Shown here: positions 29,471 through 39,288 of the stretch, in pieces
Layout: every line of letters starts with the position of its first letter
How positions within the stretch are numbered: position 1 is the stretch's first letter
From: Coprothermobacterota bacterium
Lineage (GTDB): Bacteria > Coprothermobacterota > Coprothermobacteria > Coprothermobacterales > Coprothermobacteraceae
Length of the DNA stretch: 64,000 nt
Assembly: GCA_036679065.1 (NCBI GenBank)
Contig: JAZIGN010000001.1
Location: forward strand, 160,001-224,000
Reading direction: 5' to 3'
Program-made: the position numbers and the translations under genes
Notes under the pieces: model-generated
What the model saw: only the letters and a program-made list of their open reading frames with translations
Told to the model about the DNA's origin: nothing
The model's database searches: none

Positions 29471-30299
29471 CCAGTTCTTAGATTCTTTAAGAGCATCTGG
29501 CTATTCCGAGCACACGCTAAAAGCGTACCATGTAGATTTAAGGCAGTACTTCACATTCACCACAAGTCTGGATCAAAAGAACGTTGATGAGTACTTGATG
29601 CACTTGTCAAGGAAGGGCATGGCATCAGCATCCCTGAATCGATTCCTATCGTCTCTTAGGAAGTTCTGTAGTTTCTTGAAAAAACACGGTTATGATGTGC
29701 CAGTTATGGAGCTTAGTGGTTTTAAGACAGGTATTAAAGTTCCACGTGTTGTTTTAAGGGATGACATTGGTAAACTTTTGGATTTACCTGAGAACAATCC
29801 TATAGAAATCAGAGATAAAGCTTTGGTGTGGTTCTTGCTGGGCACGGGTACAAGAATAAGCGAAGCACTTTCTTTGAATGTGGAGGACATTGATTTTAGG
29901 ACAGGCAGTTGTCAGGTTCTTGGTAAAGGGCGTAAAAAACGGACGATCTACATTCCATCGAAAGCGTTAAAATTGCTAAGAAGGTACATGGAGGCATTTA
30001 ACTTGACCCAGGGTCCACTTTTCTTGAATATGCAAGGGCAAGCATTGACAGACAGAGGGGCCAGGTACATCTTGCATAAAATTAGCACAAAATACGGGCT
30101 GCGGGACTTAGTACATCCTCATACGCTCAGGCACACATTTGCCACTAATCTACTCGAAGAAGGCGCGAACCTACGAGAAATACAGGAACTTCTTGGGCAC
30201 AGCAGTCTACGTTCTACTCAAATATACACCCATGTCTCACCAGTCATGGTAAGAGAGGCTATTGAGGCCATGCGAAAGGAGGCCAAGAACAAACCATGA
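29439..30299 (+). CDS. Tyrosine recombinase XerC/XerD family
   Basis: TGTRISE, GKGRK, HPHTLRHTFAT, LGH, TQIYTH; follows trmFO as xerC/codV does in Firmicutes. Confidence 0.92.
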   Translation: MQLENWAELLDQFLDSLRASGYSEHTLKAYHVDLRQYFTFTTSLDQKNVDEYLMHLSRKGMASASLNRFLSSLRKFCSFLKKHGYDVPVMELSGFKTGIKVPRVVLRDDIGKLLDLPENNPIEIRDKALVWFLLGTGTRISEALSLNVEDIDFRTGSCQVLGKGRKKRTIYIPSKALKLLRRYMEAFNLTQGPLFLNMQGQALTDRGARYILHKISTKYGLRDLVHPHTLRHTFATNLLEEGANLREIQELLGHSSLRSTQIYTHVSPVMVREAIEAMRKEAKNKP

Positions 30300-31552
30300 A
30301 AGTGTGTTTTAAAAACGTTTGGTATCCTGATTACGAAAAGAAGAACCTGGTACGTGGAACATTTTACGTGGACGGAGAAAGGATAACTTTCAGCGAGCCA
30401 GAACACATAGATGCCATGTTTGCTGATACCCTGGTTACCCCAGGGTTTTTTGATGCCCACAGCCACGTTGCCATGAGCTTGTTTAGAGGCGTTGGCGATG
30501 ATGTAGACCTGGATCGGTGGCTTAATGAGTACATTTGGCCTCTTGAGGCAAGGTTAAATGATGATTACGTTTATTGGGCCTCGTTACTTGCTTGTATGGA
30601 ACTTGTCCGCAGTGGTGCTACGACGTTCCTTGATATGTATTTCTGGGAAAAAGCTACCTTGGAGGCTGCTAACGAGGTGGGTATCAGGCCTATTTTCACT
30701 CCAGGTATTATTGAAAGGCCTGGTTGGGAGACGGCACTGCAACGCACAGAAGAGTTAAGGGATTTAGGCGCATTGGTGGGTGTGGGGCCTCATGCGCTCT
30801 ACACGGTTTCCATGAACATTTTGCCTGATGTGGTAAAATTCGCAAAGAAAAACAAATTATTCTTGCACATGCATCTTATGGAGACAGCCTCCGAAAAGGC
30901 GTATATACATAACGTTTTAGGTGAAGAATATCTTCGTAGGCTTGAAGAAATTGGATTCTTCGAGGTACCTGTGGTTTTTGCTCATGGTGTTCACCTTTCT
31001 GATGACGATTTGTCCTTTTTAAAAGACAAGAACGTTGTTGTGGCCCACTGCCCTCAAAGCAATATGAAGCTTTCTTCAGGGCTATTCCGCTGGGATTTAG
31101 CTAAGAATAACGGAGTTTCTGTGGCCATAGGTACGGATGGTGCTGCTTCTAATAACAACTTGGATTTTGTAGAAGAAATGAGAACAGCGGTACTTTTGGC
31201 TCGCGGAGTATCTGGAAAACCAGATGTGCTTTCTCCCATGGAAATTCTTGAAGCTGCCACCTCTGTGCCGGCAAGAAGATTGGGTTTGGCGTTGGGTGAG
31301 GTAAGAGAGGGCTATCTTGCAGACTTAGTGGTCTGGGACGTGGAGGATTTATCCATGGTCCCAGTGGATGACCCACAGGACTGGCTGTCCCATGTGGTTT
31401 ACTCAGCTGGAACTCAGGCGGTGAGTGATGTCTTTGTTCAAGGGCGTTGGGTGCTTCGCAGTAAGTCGTTCGTGGGCGTTAACGTGTCAGAAGTGGTAGA
31501 GCAGGTGAGTAAAAGACGTCGTGCCATAAGAAAGGAGGACTTAATACGGTGA
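30296..31552 (+). CDS. mtaD: Amidohydrolase, MtaD/DadD-like (MTA/SAH deaminase)
   Basis: DAHSH, PHALYT, HLMET, HCPQSNMKL, GTDGAASNN; adjacent to a nucleoside phosphorylase. Confidence 0.8.
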   Translation: MKVCFKNVWYPDYEKKNLVRGTFYVDGERITFSEPEHIDAMFADTLVTPGFFDAHSHVAMSLFRGVGDDVDLDRWLNEYIWPLEARLNDDYVYWASLLACMELVRSGATTFLDMYFWEKATLEAANEVGIRPIFTPGIIERPGWETALQRTEELRDLGALVGVGPHALYTVSMNILPDVVKFAKKNKLFLHMHLMETASEKAYIHNVLGEEYLRRLEEIGFFEVPVVFAHGVHLSDDDLSFLKDKNVVVAHCPQSNMKLSSGLFRWDLAKNNGVSVAIGTDGAASNNNLDFVEEMRTAVLLARGVSGKPDVLSPMEILEAATSVPARRLGLALGEVREGYLADLVVWDVEDLSMVPVDDPQDWLSHVVYSAGTQAVSDVFVQGRWVLRSKSFVGVNVSEVVEQVSKRRRAIRKEDLIR

Positions 31553-32298
31553 AAATTGGTGTCATTGGAGGATCCGGAATTTATAAGATTGAAGGTGTGC
31601 CTTCTACGGAGATTAGCGTGAATACGGAATACGGAGATGTAACTGTGTTCGTGGCTCAGGTTGACGGTAGAGAGGTTTATTTCCTACCTCGGCATGGCTT
31701 AGGTCACTCCGTTCCACCTCATTTGGTAAACTACAGAGCTAACATTCGTGCTCTTCAAGGTCTTGGAGCTCAGAGAGTTATTGCTACAAACGCTGTGGGA
31801 AGTTTAAACGCTGAAATTAAGCCTGGAACAGTGGTATTAGTTGACCAGTTCTTGGATTTTACGAAGGGGAGAAGATCCACGTTTTTCGAGGAGGGAAAGG
31901 TGGTCCATACTGATATGACTAATCCTTATTGCCTTGAAATGATCGAAGTGGCTTCAAAGCTTCAGACCCCTTTCCCCCTGAGGAAAGGTGGGGTCATGGT
32001 GGTCACCGAGGGGCCGCGGTTTGAAACGGCAGCTGAGGTGAGAGCTTTTGCCATGTTAGGTGGCGATGTGGTTGGTATGACTTCCGTGCCTGAGGTAGTT
32101 CTTTCCAGAGAAGCTGGGATGTGTTATTTGTCTCTGGCCATTGTAAGCAACTTCGCTGCTGGATTGCAGGATCAGGTAAGTCATGAAGAAGTTCTCGATA
32201 TAATGGACAAACTTAACGCTCAGGTGCAGATGTTCATACTGGATCTCATAAAAGCCATGCCGGAGGAAAAGCACTGTGCATGTCCCCGCAGGGCATGA
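31549..32298 (+). CDS. MTAP-family phosphorylase, likely S-methyl-5'-thioinosine/6-oxopurine specific
   Basis: IGGSG, RHG..H..PPH.VNYRANI, EGPRFET.AE, VGMT; VSNFAAG instead of TDYD. Confidence 0.85.
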   Translation: MKIGVIGGSGIYKIEGVPSTEISVNTEYGDVTVFVAQVDGREVYFLPRHGLGHSVPPHLVNYRANIRALQGLGAQRVIATNAVGSLNAEIKPGTVVLVDQFLDFTKGRRSTFFEEGKVVHTDMTNPYCLEMIEVASKLQTPFPLRKGGVMVVTEGPRFETAAEVRAFAMLGGDVVGMTSVPEVVLSREAGMCYLSLAIVSNFAAGLQDQVSHEEVLDIMDKLNAQVQMFILDLIKAMPEEKHCACPRRA

Positions 32299-32323
32299 TT
32301 TCTTTTGAGGAGGTGCGTGTAAG

Positions 32324-32785
32324 ATGCGCATTGTTATGGGTGCAGATCATGCTGGTTACCAGCTAAAGGAAAGGCTAAAAGAGAACCTCATAGAACTTGG
32401 TCACGAAGTAGTTGATAAGGGTACAAACTCCATTGAGTCTGTGGATTATCCAGACTTCGCAGCTGAAGTATGCACTGATATCACGAAAAACGGTGGTTTC
32501 GGCATACTCATTTGTGGAACAGGAATTGGCATGAGCATAGCTGCTAATAAGTTCCCTGGCATACGGGCCGCACTTGCCTATGACCTTTACGCGGCAAAGA
32601 AAGCTCGCCAGCACAATGATGCGAACGTTCTGTGTTTGGGTGGTAGGGTCCTTGGACCCGACTTGGCCATGGAAATTGTACAGACGTTTCTGAATACTTC
32701 TTTCGAAGGTGGTAGGCACCTAAGAAGGATAAGAAAGATAGAAAAGATCGAGGAGAAAAACCTGGGTAAAGGATGTGAAGCTTAA
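32324..32785 (+). CDS. rpiB: Ribose 5-phosphate isomerase B
   Basis: DHAG, VDYPD, CGTGIG, HNDAN, FEGGRH. Confidence 0.96.
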   Translation: MRIVMGADHAGYQLKERLKENLIELGHEVVDKGTNSIESVDYPDFAAEVCTDITKNGGFGILICGTGIGMSIAANKFPGIRAALAYDLYAAKKARQHNDANVLCLGGRVLGPDLAMEIVQTFLNTSFEGGRHLRRIRKIEKIEEKNLGKGCEA

Positions 32786-34033
32786 ATGAGATATGACCAC
32801 ATTGAGGAGGAAGATCCAGAAATCTTTGAACTTATGAGGCGTGAGGTTATGCGTCAGACGGAGACGCTTGATCTCATCGCGTCAGAAAACTTGGCTTCTG
32901 AGGCAGTTTTAGAGGCCACAGGTTCCGTTTTTACCAACAAATATGCTGAAGGGTATCCCAATGCTCGCTACTATGGTGGGTGTGAAATAACAGATCAGAT
33001 CGAACTTTTGGCAATCGAAAGAGCGAAGAAGCTTTTTGGCGCTGATCACGCCAATGTTCAACCGCATTCTGGTTCTCAGGCGAATCAAGCCGTCTACTTG
33101 GCTTTTCTCAAGCCGGGAGACACCATCCTGTCCATGTCACTCGCGGCAGGAGGTCACCTTTCTCATGGTGCTCCTGTTTCCATGACGGGGAAATGGTTCA
33201 ACATTGTTCATTACGGGGTTGATCCCATAACCGAAACTATTGACCTTAATGAGGTAGAAAAGTTGGCATTGGAACATAAGCCAAAGCTCATCATAGCAGG
33301 GGCTTCAGCCTATCCCAGGTTCATTGATTTTCAGGGGTTCAAAGAGGTAGCAGACAAAGTGGGTGCCATCTTAATGGTGGATATGGCGCACATTGCAGGC
33401 TTAGTAGCTGCTGGTGTTCACCCAAGCCCCGTTCCATATGCTGATGTGGTTACTACTACCACTCACAAAACATTGAGGGGCCCCAGGGGTGGACTCATAC
33501 TGTGCAAGGCGGAGCATGCGAAAGCCATAGATAAGGCCGTTTTCCCTGGTGTACAAGGAGGTCCGCTGGTTCACATTATTGCGGCAAAGGCTGTTGCTTT
33601 TAAAGAAGATTCTGATCCTTCTTTCAAAGAGTACTCTGCCCAAGTAGTAAGAAATGCGAAGATCATGGCAGAGACTTTTGCTAGCAAAGGTGTGAGAGTA
33701 GTTACAGGCGGAACCGATAACCACCTCATGCTCTTGGATGTTACATCAGTTGGTCTCACCGGTAAAGAAGCGGAGGAACTGCTTGCTGAAGTGGGTATCG
33801 TGGTTAACAAGAATGCCATTCCCTTTGACAAACTTCCTCCTCGGGTGGCCAGTGGAATTAGGATTGGTACCCCGAGCATAACCACTAGAGGACTTAGGGA
33901 AGAGGAGTGCAAGCTTCTTGCTGAAAACATGAGTGAACTATTCATCACCAGGAGTGACGAGACAAAGAATCAACTTAAAGGTTTGGTACAGGAACTGACA
34001 AAACATTACCCGGCATACAAGGGGTGGTCCTAG
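32786..34033 (+). CDS. glyA: Serine hydroxymethyltransferase
   Basis: [28 protein letters not shown]. Confidence 0.98.
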   Translation: MRYDHIEEEDPEIFELMRREVMRQTETLDLIASENLASEAVLEATGSVFTNKYAEGYPNARYYGGCEITDQIELLAIERAKKLFGADHANVQPHSGSQANQAVYLAFLKPGDTILSMSLAAGGHLSHGAPVSMTGKWFNIVHYGVDPITETIDLNEVEKLALEHKPKLIIAGASAYPRFIDFQGFKEVADKVGAILMVDMAHIAGLVAAGVHPSPVPYADVVTTTTHKTLRGPRGGLILCKAEHAKAIDKAVFPGVQGGPLVHIIAAKAVAFKEDSDPSFKEYSAQVVRNAKIMAETFASKGVRVVTGGTDNHLMLLDVTSVGLTGKEAEELLAEVGIVVNKNAIPFDKLPPRVASGIRIGTPSITTRGLREEECKLLAENMSELFITRSDETKNQLKGLVQELTKHYPAYKGWS

Positions 34034-34654
34034 GTGCTCAGCGTGGTCGATCATCCCTTAATTAGATACAAAGTCACTTTGCTTCGGGATAAGAACACAG
34101 GACCTAAAGAGTTTAGGGAGTTGGTACAAGAATTAGCAATGTTCCTCACTTACGAGGCTACTAAAAATCTGGAGCTTACCGAGCAAGTAGTCGAGACCCC
34201 GTTGGCTAAGACAACGGGGTTTGTACTGTGTAGGAAGATTGCCATCATACCCATTCTTAGGGCAGGACTTACCATGGCTGAGGGTGTGCTTAAAGTCATC
34301 CCCAATGCAAAGGTGGGACATGTTGGCCTTTACAGGGATCATAAGACGTTGAGGCCAGTGGAGTACTATGCAAAATTTCCTACAGGTATTGAAGACATGG
34401 TCTGCATCATACTTGACCCCATGCTCGCTACTGGCAATTCCATTCGATACACCATAGATCTTCTCAAGCAGCAAGGGGTTTCTCAAATAAAGGTGCTCTC
34501 CATAATCGCTGCACCAGAAGGCATACGTAATGTACTCTCTTGTGGAGATGGCATTGAGCTTTACCTTGCCGCAGAGGATGAAAGACTAAATGAGGAAGGT
34601 TACATCCTTCCCGGACTAGGTGATGCCGGTGATAGACTTTTCGGCACAAAGTGA
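34034..34654 (+). CDS. upp: Uracil phosphoribosyltransferase
   Basis: ILRAG, DPMLATG, YILPGLGDAGDRLFG. Confidence 0.97.
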   Translation: MLSVVDHPLIRYKVTLLRDKNTGPKEFRELVQELAMFLTYEATKNLELTEQVVETPLAKTTGFVLCRKIAIIPILRAGLTMAEGVLKVIPNAKVGHVGLYRDHKTLRPVEYYAKFPTGIEDMVCIILDPMLATGNSIRYTIDLLKQQGVSQIKVLSIIAAPEGIRNVLSCGDGIELYLAAEDERLNEEGYILPGLGDAGDRLFGTK

Positions 34655-35594
34655 GCTCTATCTTTTTGGACTCTTAGCAGGAGTGGGCACCTTTCTGCTA
34701 AGCTGGGTGCTTACTCCTTTAAGTATTAAATTCGCGTGGAGGTATGGCTTTTTAGATTATCCTGGCGAACGTAAGGTTCACCAGGATGCTACACCCAGGG
34801 TAGGGGGATTGGCAGTGGTGCTTGCCTTCACCTTGGGTGAACTTTTGTTTTGGCACGCCGCGCCACCTCTTGGTTACGGTGTGTTGCTTACTGTACTTTT
34901 GTTTTTCTTTGCCATGCTGCTTGATGATAAATACAATTTACCAGCTTGGGTAAAATTCTTGGTTCAAATAGGAGCTTCTGCCGCGGTAGTATTTATGGGC
35001 GTTAAGATAGGTGTGGTTACCTTGTGGGGAGGCCGTTATGCGGTGTTCCCCAGCTGGTTAGCCACGACCATATCTGTTTTGTGGCTGGTACTTCTCTCGA
35101 ATGCTATCAACCTCATAGATGGACTAAATGGACTGTCTTCAGGTATCAGCGCCATAGTGTTGATTTTTGCAAGCATCATAACTTTTAAGAAAGGAATCTT
35201 TACAGTGGGGTTGGATGCATTGATATTGGCTGGAGCCGTTCTAGGATTCCTGCCCTATAACTTTCCTGAGGCAAAGACCTTCATCGGCGATTGCGGTGCG
35301 CAAACGTTGGGTTTCATACTTGGCATTTTGTCCATTGTTGGCACGTTCAAGAGTACTGCTGGAATTATATTCTTGGGTTTCTTACTTCTGCTCTTCTTGC
35401 CTGTGGAAGATACGCTTTCTGCATGGTTTAGGCGTCTTGCGTCGGGACAGCATCCGTTCACTGCAGATAGGAAACATTTGCACCATAAGCTTCTGGAGTG
35501 GGGATTGACGCCCAAACAAGTGGTCATATTAATGTACTGTGCTACAATTGTTCTTGGTATAATCGCACTTTTGTTGATGGGGTGGGTAAGCTGA
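34620..35594 (+). CDS. Undecaprenyl-phosphate GlcNAc-1-phosphate transferase (TagO/WecA family)
   Basis: Multi-TM; RKVH, PRVGG, LDD, NAINLIDGLNGL, FIGD.G, ADRKHLHH. Confidence 0.9.
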   Translation: MMPVIDFSAQSELYLFGLLAGVGTFLLSWVLTPLSIKFAWRYGFLDYPGERKVHQDATPRVGGLAVVLAFTLGELLFWHAAPPLGYGVLLTVLLFFFAMLLDDKYNLPAWVKFLVQIGASAAVVFMGVKIGVVTLWGGRYAVFPSWLATTISVLWLVLLSNAINLIDGLNGLSSGISAIVLIFASIITFKKGIFTVGLDALILAGAVLGFLPYNFPEAKTFIGDCGAQTLGFILGILSIVGTFKSTAGIIFLGFLLLLFLPVEDTLSAWFRRLASGQHPFTADRKHLHHKLLEWGLTPKQVVILMYCATIVLGIIALLLMGWVS

Positions 35595-36712
35595 AGAAAA
35601 AAATTGGTTTGGTGGTAGGGACACGTCCCGAAGCCATAAAAATGGCTCCTCTTTACTTGACTTTACGAAAGTTCTTCGAAGTGGACTTCATAGCCACCGG
35701 ACAACACAAAGAAATGTTTTATCAAGGGCTCAGTCCCTTCGGGATAAAACCTACGGTCGATCTGATGATCATGGAGGAAAGCCAATCGTTAGAATCAGTC
35801 CTGTCAAAAAGTGTTACAGGTCTGTCCTCTTTGTTCAAAGAACGGAAATATGATCTGGTGTTGGTTCACGGTGATACCACCACCACACTAGGCGGTGCCT
35901 TGGCAAGCTTTTACAACAAAATACCTTGTGGGCACGTGGAAGCTGGTTTGCGAACTGGAGACCTGAGCTATCCTTATCCGGAGGAGGCTAACAGAGTCCT
36001 AACTGACGACCTATGTACTGTTTTGTATCCACCTACTCAGCTTTCGTGGGAAAACCTTGAGCGTGAGGGCTTGGGCAATAGGGAACATTTGATTACGGGG
36101 AACACTGTTATTGATGCCCTCATGATCATGCAAAACAAATGGGGCATAGAAGCCACCGACAAGGAAAACCTAGTGGTGGTAACGGCCCACCGCAGGGAGA
36201 ACTGGGGGTTACCTTTGGAAGAAATCTGCCACTCTGTCAAAGACTTGGCTTTGGAATTTACCGATTACAAGTTTGTATTCCCAGTGCACTTGAACCCTGC
36301 CGTCAGGAAGACTGTTTTTGGTATTTTGCAGGATGTGGATAACGTTCAGCTGACAGATCCTATGGAGTACGATGAGTTCTTGAGGCTCTTATCTAAGGCA
36401 AAAGTGGCTCTAAGTGACAGCGGGGGCATACAGGAAGAAGGGCCCCATTTTGGCGTGCCAGTGGTTCTTCTTCGCCATGTGACCGAGCGACCCGAAGGTG
36501 TACCGAGAAAGATGGTATTCCTTGCTGGTCCCGACGCTGAAAAAATAAAAGAATACTTCCATTTTGTGGTTCAGAATAGGTGGTGGGAATATGTTATGTC
36601 TCAGTCCAACCCCTATGGAGACGGTAAAGCTTCTGAAAGGATTGCAAGTCATCTGGCTTACCGTTTTGGTTTAAGTGATGTTGTTTTTTCCAGATTCGAG
36701 GAGGTGTTTTGA
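35582..36712 (+). CDS. wecB: UDP-N-acetylglucosamine 2-epimerase
   Basis: GTRPEAIK, HGDTTT, HVEAGLR, HRREN, DSGGIQEE; start approximate. Confidence 0.96.
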   Translation: MGKLKKKIGLVVGTRPEAIKMAPLYLTLRKFFEVDFIATGQHKEMFYQGLSPFGIKPTVDLMIMEESQSLESVLSKSVTGLSSLFKERKYDLVLVHGDTTTTLGGALASFYNKIPCGHVEAGLRTGDLSYPYPEEANRVLTDDLCTVLYPPTQLSWENLEREGLGNREHLITGNTVIDALMIMQNKWGIEATDKENLVVVTAHRRENWGLPLEEICHSVKDLALEFTDYKFVFPVHLNPAVRKTVFGILQDVDNVQLTDPMEYDEFLRLLSKAKVALSDSGGIQEEGPHFGVPVVLLRHVTERPEGVPRKMVFLAGPDAEKIKEYFHFVVQNRWWEYVMSQSNPYGDGKASERIASHLAYRFGLSDVVFSRFEEVF

Positions 36713-37995
36713 AGAAGATGAGTGTTTTAATAATAGACGGTGGAACTCCTCTAAAAGGTAGAGTAACCGCTCAAGGTTGTAAAAACAGCGCTTTAGCCAT
36801 TTTGGCTGCAGCAGCTTTATGTGAAGATAGAGTGTACCTGACGAATGTTCCTGACATCGGCGACGTGAAAACCATGATGGGCATTTTAAGGTCTCTTGGG
36901 TACAAAGTAACATGGGGTAATGGACTCACTATAAAACCTGGCGTCATCAAGAATTACGACCTCACGCACACGGGAGCAGGGTCCATAAGGGGTTCTTTGC
37001 TTTTCCTGGGTGCGCTACTTGGTCGTTTGGGAAAAGTGGTTCTACCTATGCCCGGAGGTTGCAACATTGGAACAAGGCCCATTGACCTTCATCTGAAGGG
37101 TCTCAGCCTGATGGGCGCAGATCTGGATATTCAGGGCGGTAACATTGTTGGAGAAGCTCCCGGGGGTCTAAAGGGAGCATACGTTTACCTGGACTTTCCC
37201 AGTGTGGGTGCTACCGAAAATATAATGATTGCAGGTGCTTTGGCCAATGGTGAAACGACAATTGAAAACGCAGCTCAGGATCAGCAAGTTGTTGAACTGG
37301 GAAAGTTTTTGATGGCTTGCGGTGTGAAAATCCATGGTCTTGGAACCAAGGTTATACGTATTAAGGGAAAGAGAGAAATAGGTGGTGTTACGTTTAGAAT
37401 ATCGGGCGACAGCATTGAAGCTGGAACTTATGCCATAGCTGCGGCGGCTACCAGAGGCACAATTACGGTGGATGGCGTAGACGTTACGTTCCTTAGACCA
37501 CTACTTTTCAAACTGCAAGAAGCCGGTATTGAAGTTGTGGTAACAAATGGTCACGAGGTTACGGTACTTTCCAGTCCCCGACCCAAGGGAATAACGATCA
37601 AGACCATGCCTTTCCCTGGTTTTCCCACTGATTTGCAGCCGCTGATGATGTCGCTTCTTGCCACTGCTGAAGGTAGGTCAGTGATAACAGAAACTGTCTA
37701 CGATGGAAGAATGGGACACGTAAGTGAACTTTGGAAAATGGGAGCAAACATCGAAGTGGAAGGCAATACTGCGATCATTACTGGTGTGGAAAAGCTCACC
37801 GGTGCTCCGGTCGTTGCTAACAATCTTAGGGCAGGTGCTGCTTTGGTTGTGGCAGGCTTGTCTGCGGAAGGCAGAACAGTGGTCTACGGCATGGAGCATG
37901 TTATGCGCGGCTATTCTAACATTCATCAAAAACTAAGAGCTTTGGATGCCAAAGTTGAACTTGTAAGCGATGAAGAAGCAGTCAATATTGCTTGA
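36709..37995 (+). CDS. murA: UDP-N-acetylglucosamine 1-carboxyvinyltransferase
   Basis: KNSAL, PGGCNIGTRPIDLH (catalytic Cys), SVGATEN, PGFPTDLQ. Confidence 0.97.
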   Translation: MKKMSVLIIDGGTPLKGRVTAQGCKNSALAILAAAALCEDRVYLTNVPDIGDVKTMMGILRSLGYKVTWGNGLTIKPGVIKNYDLTHTGAGSIRGSLLFLGALLGRLGKVVLPMPGGCNIGTRPIDLHLKGLSLMGADLDIQGGNIVGEAPGGLKGAYVYLDFPSVGATENIMIAGALANGETTIENAAQDQQVVELGKFLMACGVKIHGLGTKVIRIKGKREIGGVTFRISGDSIEAGTYAIAAAATRGTITVDGVDVTFLRPLLFKLQEAGIEVVVTNGHEVTVLSSPRPKGITIKTMPFPGFPTDLQPLMMSLLATAEGRSVITETVYDGRMGHVSELWKMGANIEVEGNTAIITGVEKLTGAPVVANNLRAGAALVVAGLSAEGRTVVYGMEHVMRGYSNIHQKLRALDAKVELVSDEEAVNIA

Positions 37996-38299
37996 AATTG
38001 ATAAAAGTGCAGCTCCTGTTATTGCAGTTAAGGCTCCCCTTAGGGACTGGCTGCACGAACTCAAAGTCCCACTAAAGGTGGGCAAACTTAAAAGGAAAAA
38101 CTGTGATGTTTACTACTGGGATAAAGGAAAAATCATTTATCACGATAGGGCGATCCTCATTGTGCCAGAACAGCTTCGTGACGCTGCTATGGAGGCCGGC
38201 TACAAACCATGGCAGATCTTTACCCTTCCCAGTTCCGAGTCGGACATACTCTTCATGTTGAAGCAAGTCAGTTGGAGGAAGAAGCAGGGTTACAGATGA
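37970..38299 (+). CDS. Hypothetical protein (109 aa)
   Basis: Fills the gap between murA and csaB and overlaps both (ATGA overlap with csaB); no motif recognised. Confidence 0.6.
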   Translation: MKKQSILLEIDKSAAPVIAVKAPLRDWLHELKVPLKVGKLKRKNCDVYYWDKGKIIYHDRAILIVPEQLRDAAMEAGYKPWQIFTLPSSESDILFMLKQVSWRKKQGYR

Positions 38300-39288
38300 A
38301 AAAGGTGTTAATGGTAGGGTATTGGGGTGGCTTCAATGTGGGTGATGAAGGTTTCCTAGAAATAGTATTACCCAGATTAAAGCATAAAGCCCACATAACG
38401 GTTGCGTCTAAGAACCCTGAAAATACCACGAAAAACTTTCACGTGAGATCTGTGAAGGCTGAGCCACTCACGTTGATGAGAGAACTGGTTAGAAGTGACA
38501 TTGTGTTGGAAGGCCCAGGGGGCCTCTTTCAAGATGCTACCAGCTTCAAAAGTCTGTTTTACTACTTCTTAGCTCCATTCTTGGGTAAGCTCTTTGGTAA
38601 GAAGGTTTATCTTTATGGGATTGGCATAGGTCCCATAAACCGGAGCATAAGTGAAAGGCTGACGGTAAAAGCGTTTCGTATGGCGGATGGCAAATATGTT
38701 AGGGATGCGTATTCTTACCAGTGGTTGCAGAGCCGCGGTGTGTGTTGTGATTTGGCTGCTGATGTTGTGTTTACAGTCGCAGGCGAACAGTATTTTGGGT
38801 ACAAACCTGTCTTCGATTCAGTGCTTTATATTCCAAGTCACAAATGGGAAAACCTGGACGTGGATCAGGTGGATGGCAACATGGTCATTTTCTTCCCTGG
38901 AAAAGACCTACCGATGACTGCCGCTGCTGGCGGGACGTTCATAGACGGGTTAGAACTGGGCGTGCTGGAGATAATAAGCTTGTTCAAGCAGTACAAAGGA
39001 GCTGTTGTAGGCAGGCTACATGCCGGCATACTTGCCACTATTGCAGGTTTGCCTTTTATTGCCATTCCCTATGATGTGAAGCTTACCGAGTATGCCAGAG
39101 AATTAGCTGCAGCCTTAGGTTTGCACGAAGACGCTTTACTTGCAAAGAACATAACTGAGGCAAAAGCTAAGCTGGCCGCACTTTTGAAAGATCCTGAAAA
39201 AATCAGTGACAAATTGGTGCATTTCTCCATTGACCAAAAGGCAAAAGCCGAGAAAATGATGTCTGAAATCGAGAAGGCCGTGGAATGA
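38296..39288 (+). CDS. csaB: Polysaccharide pyruvyl transferase CsaB-like
   Basis: GYWGGFNVGDE, GGLFQDATS, GIGP, VRD..S, RLHAGI, YDVK. Confidence 0.85.
   Translation: MKKVLMVGYWGGFNVGDEGFLEIVLPRLKHKAHITVASKNPENTTKNFHVRSVKAEPLTLMRELVRSDIVLEGPGGLFQDATSFKSLFYYFLAPFLGKLFGKKVYLYGIGIGPINRSISERLTVKAFRMADGKYVRDAYSYQWLQSRGVCCDLAADVVFTVAGEQYFGYKPVFDSVLYIPSHKWENLDVDQVDGNMVIFFPGKDLPMTAAAGGTFIDGLELGVLEIISLFKQYKGAVVGRLHAGILATIAGLPFIAIPYDVKLTEYARELAAALGLHEDALLAKNITEAKAKLAALLKDPEKISDKLVHFSIDQKAKAEKMMSEIEKAVE

Noticed and set aside
29439..30299. Tyrosine recombinase as the integrase of a mobile element
   Set aside because: It sits at the canonical trmFO-xerC position among housekeeping genes. I saw no att repeats, tRNA or cargo genes.
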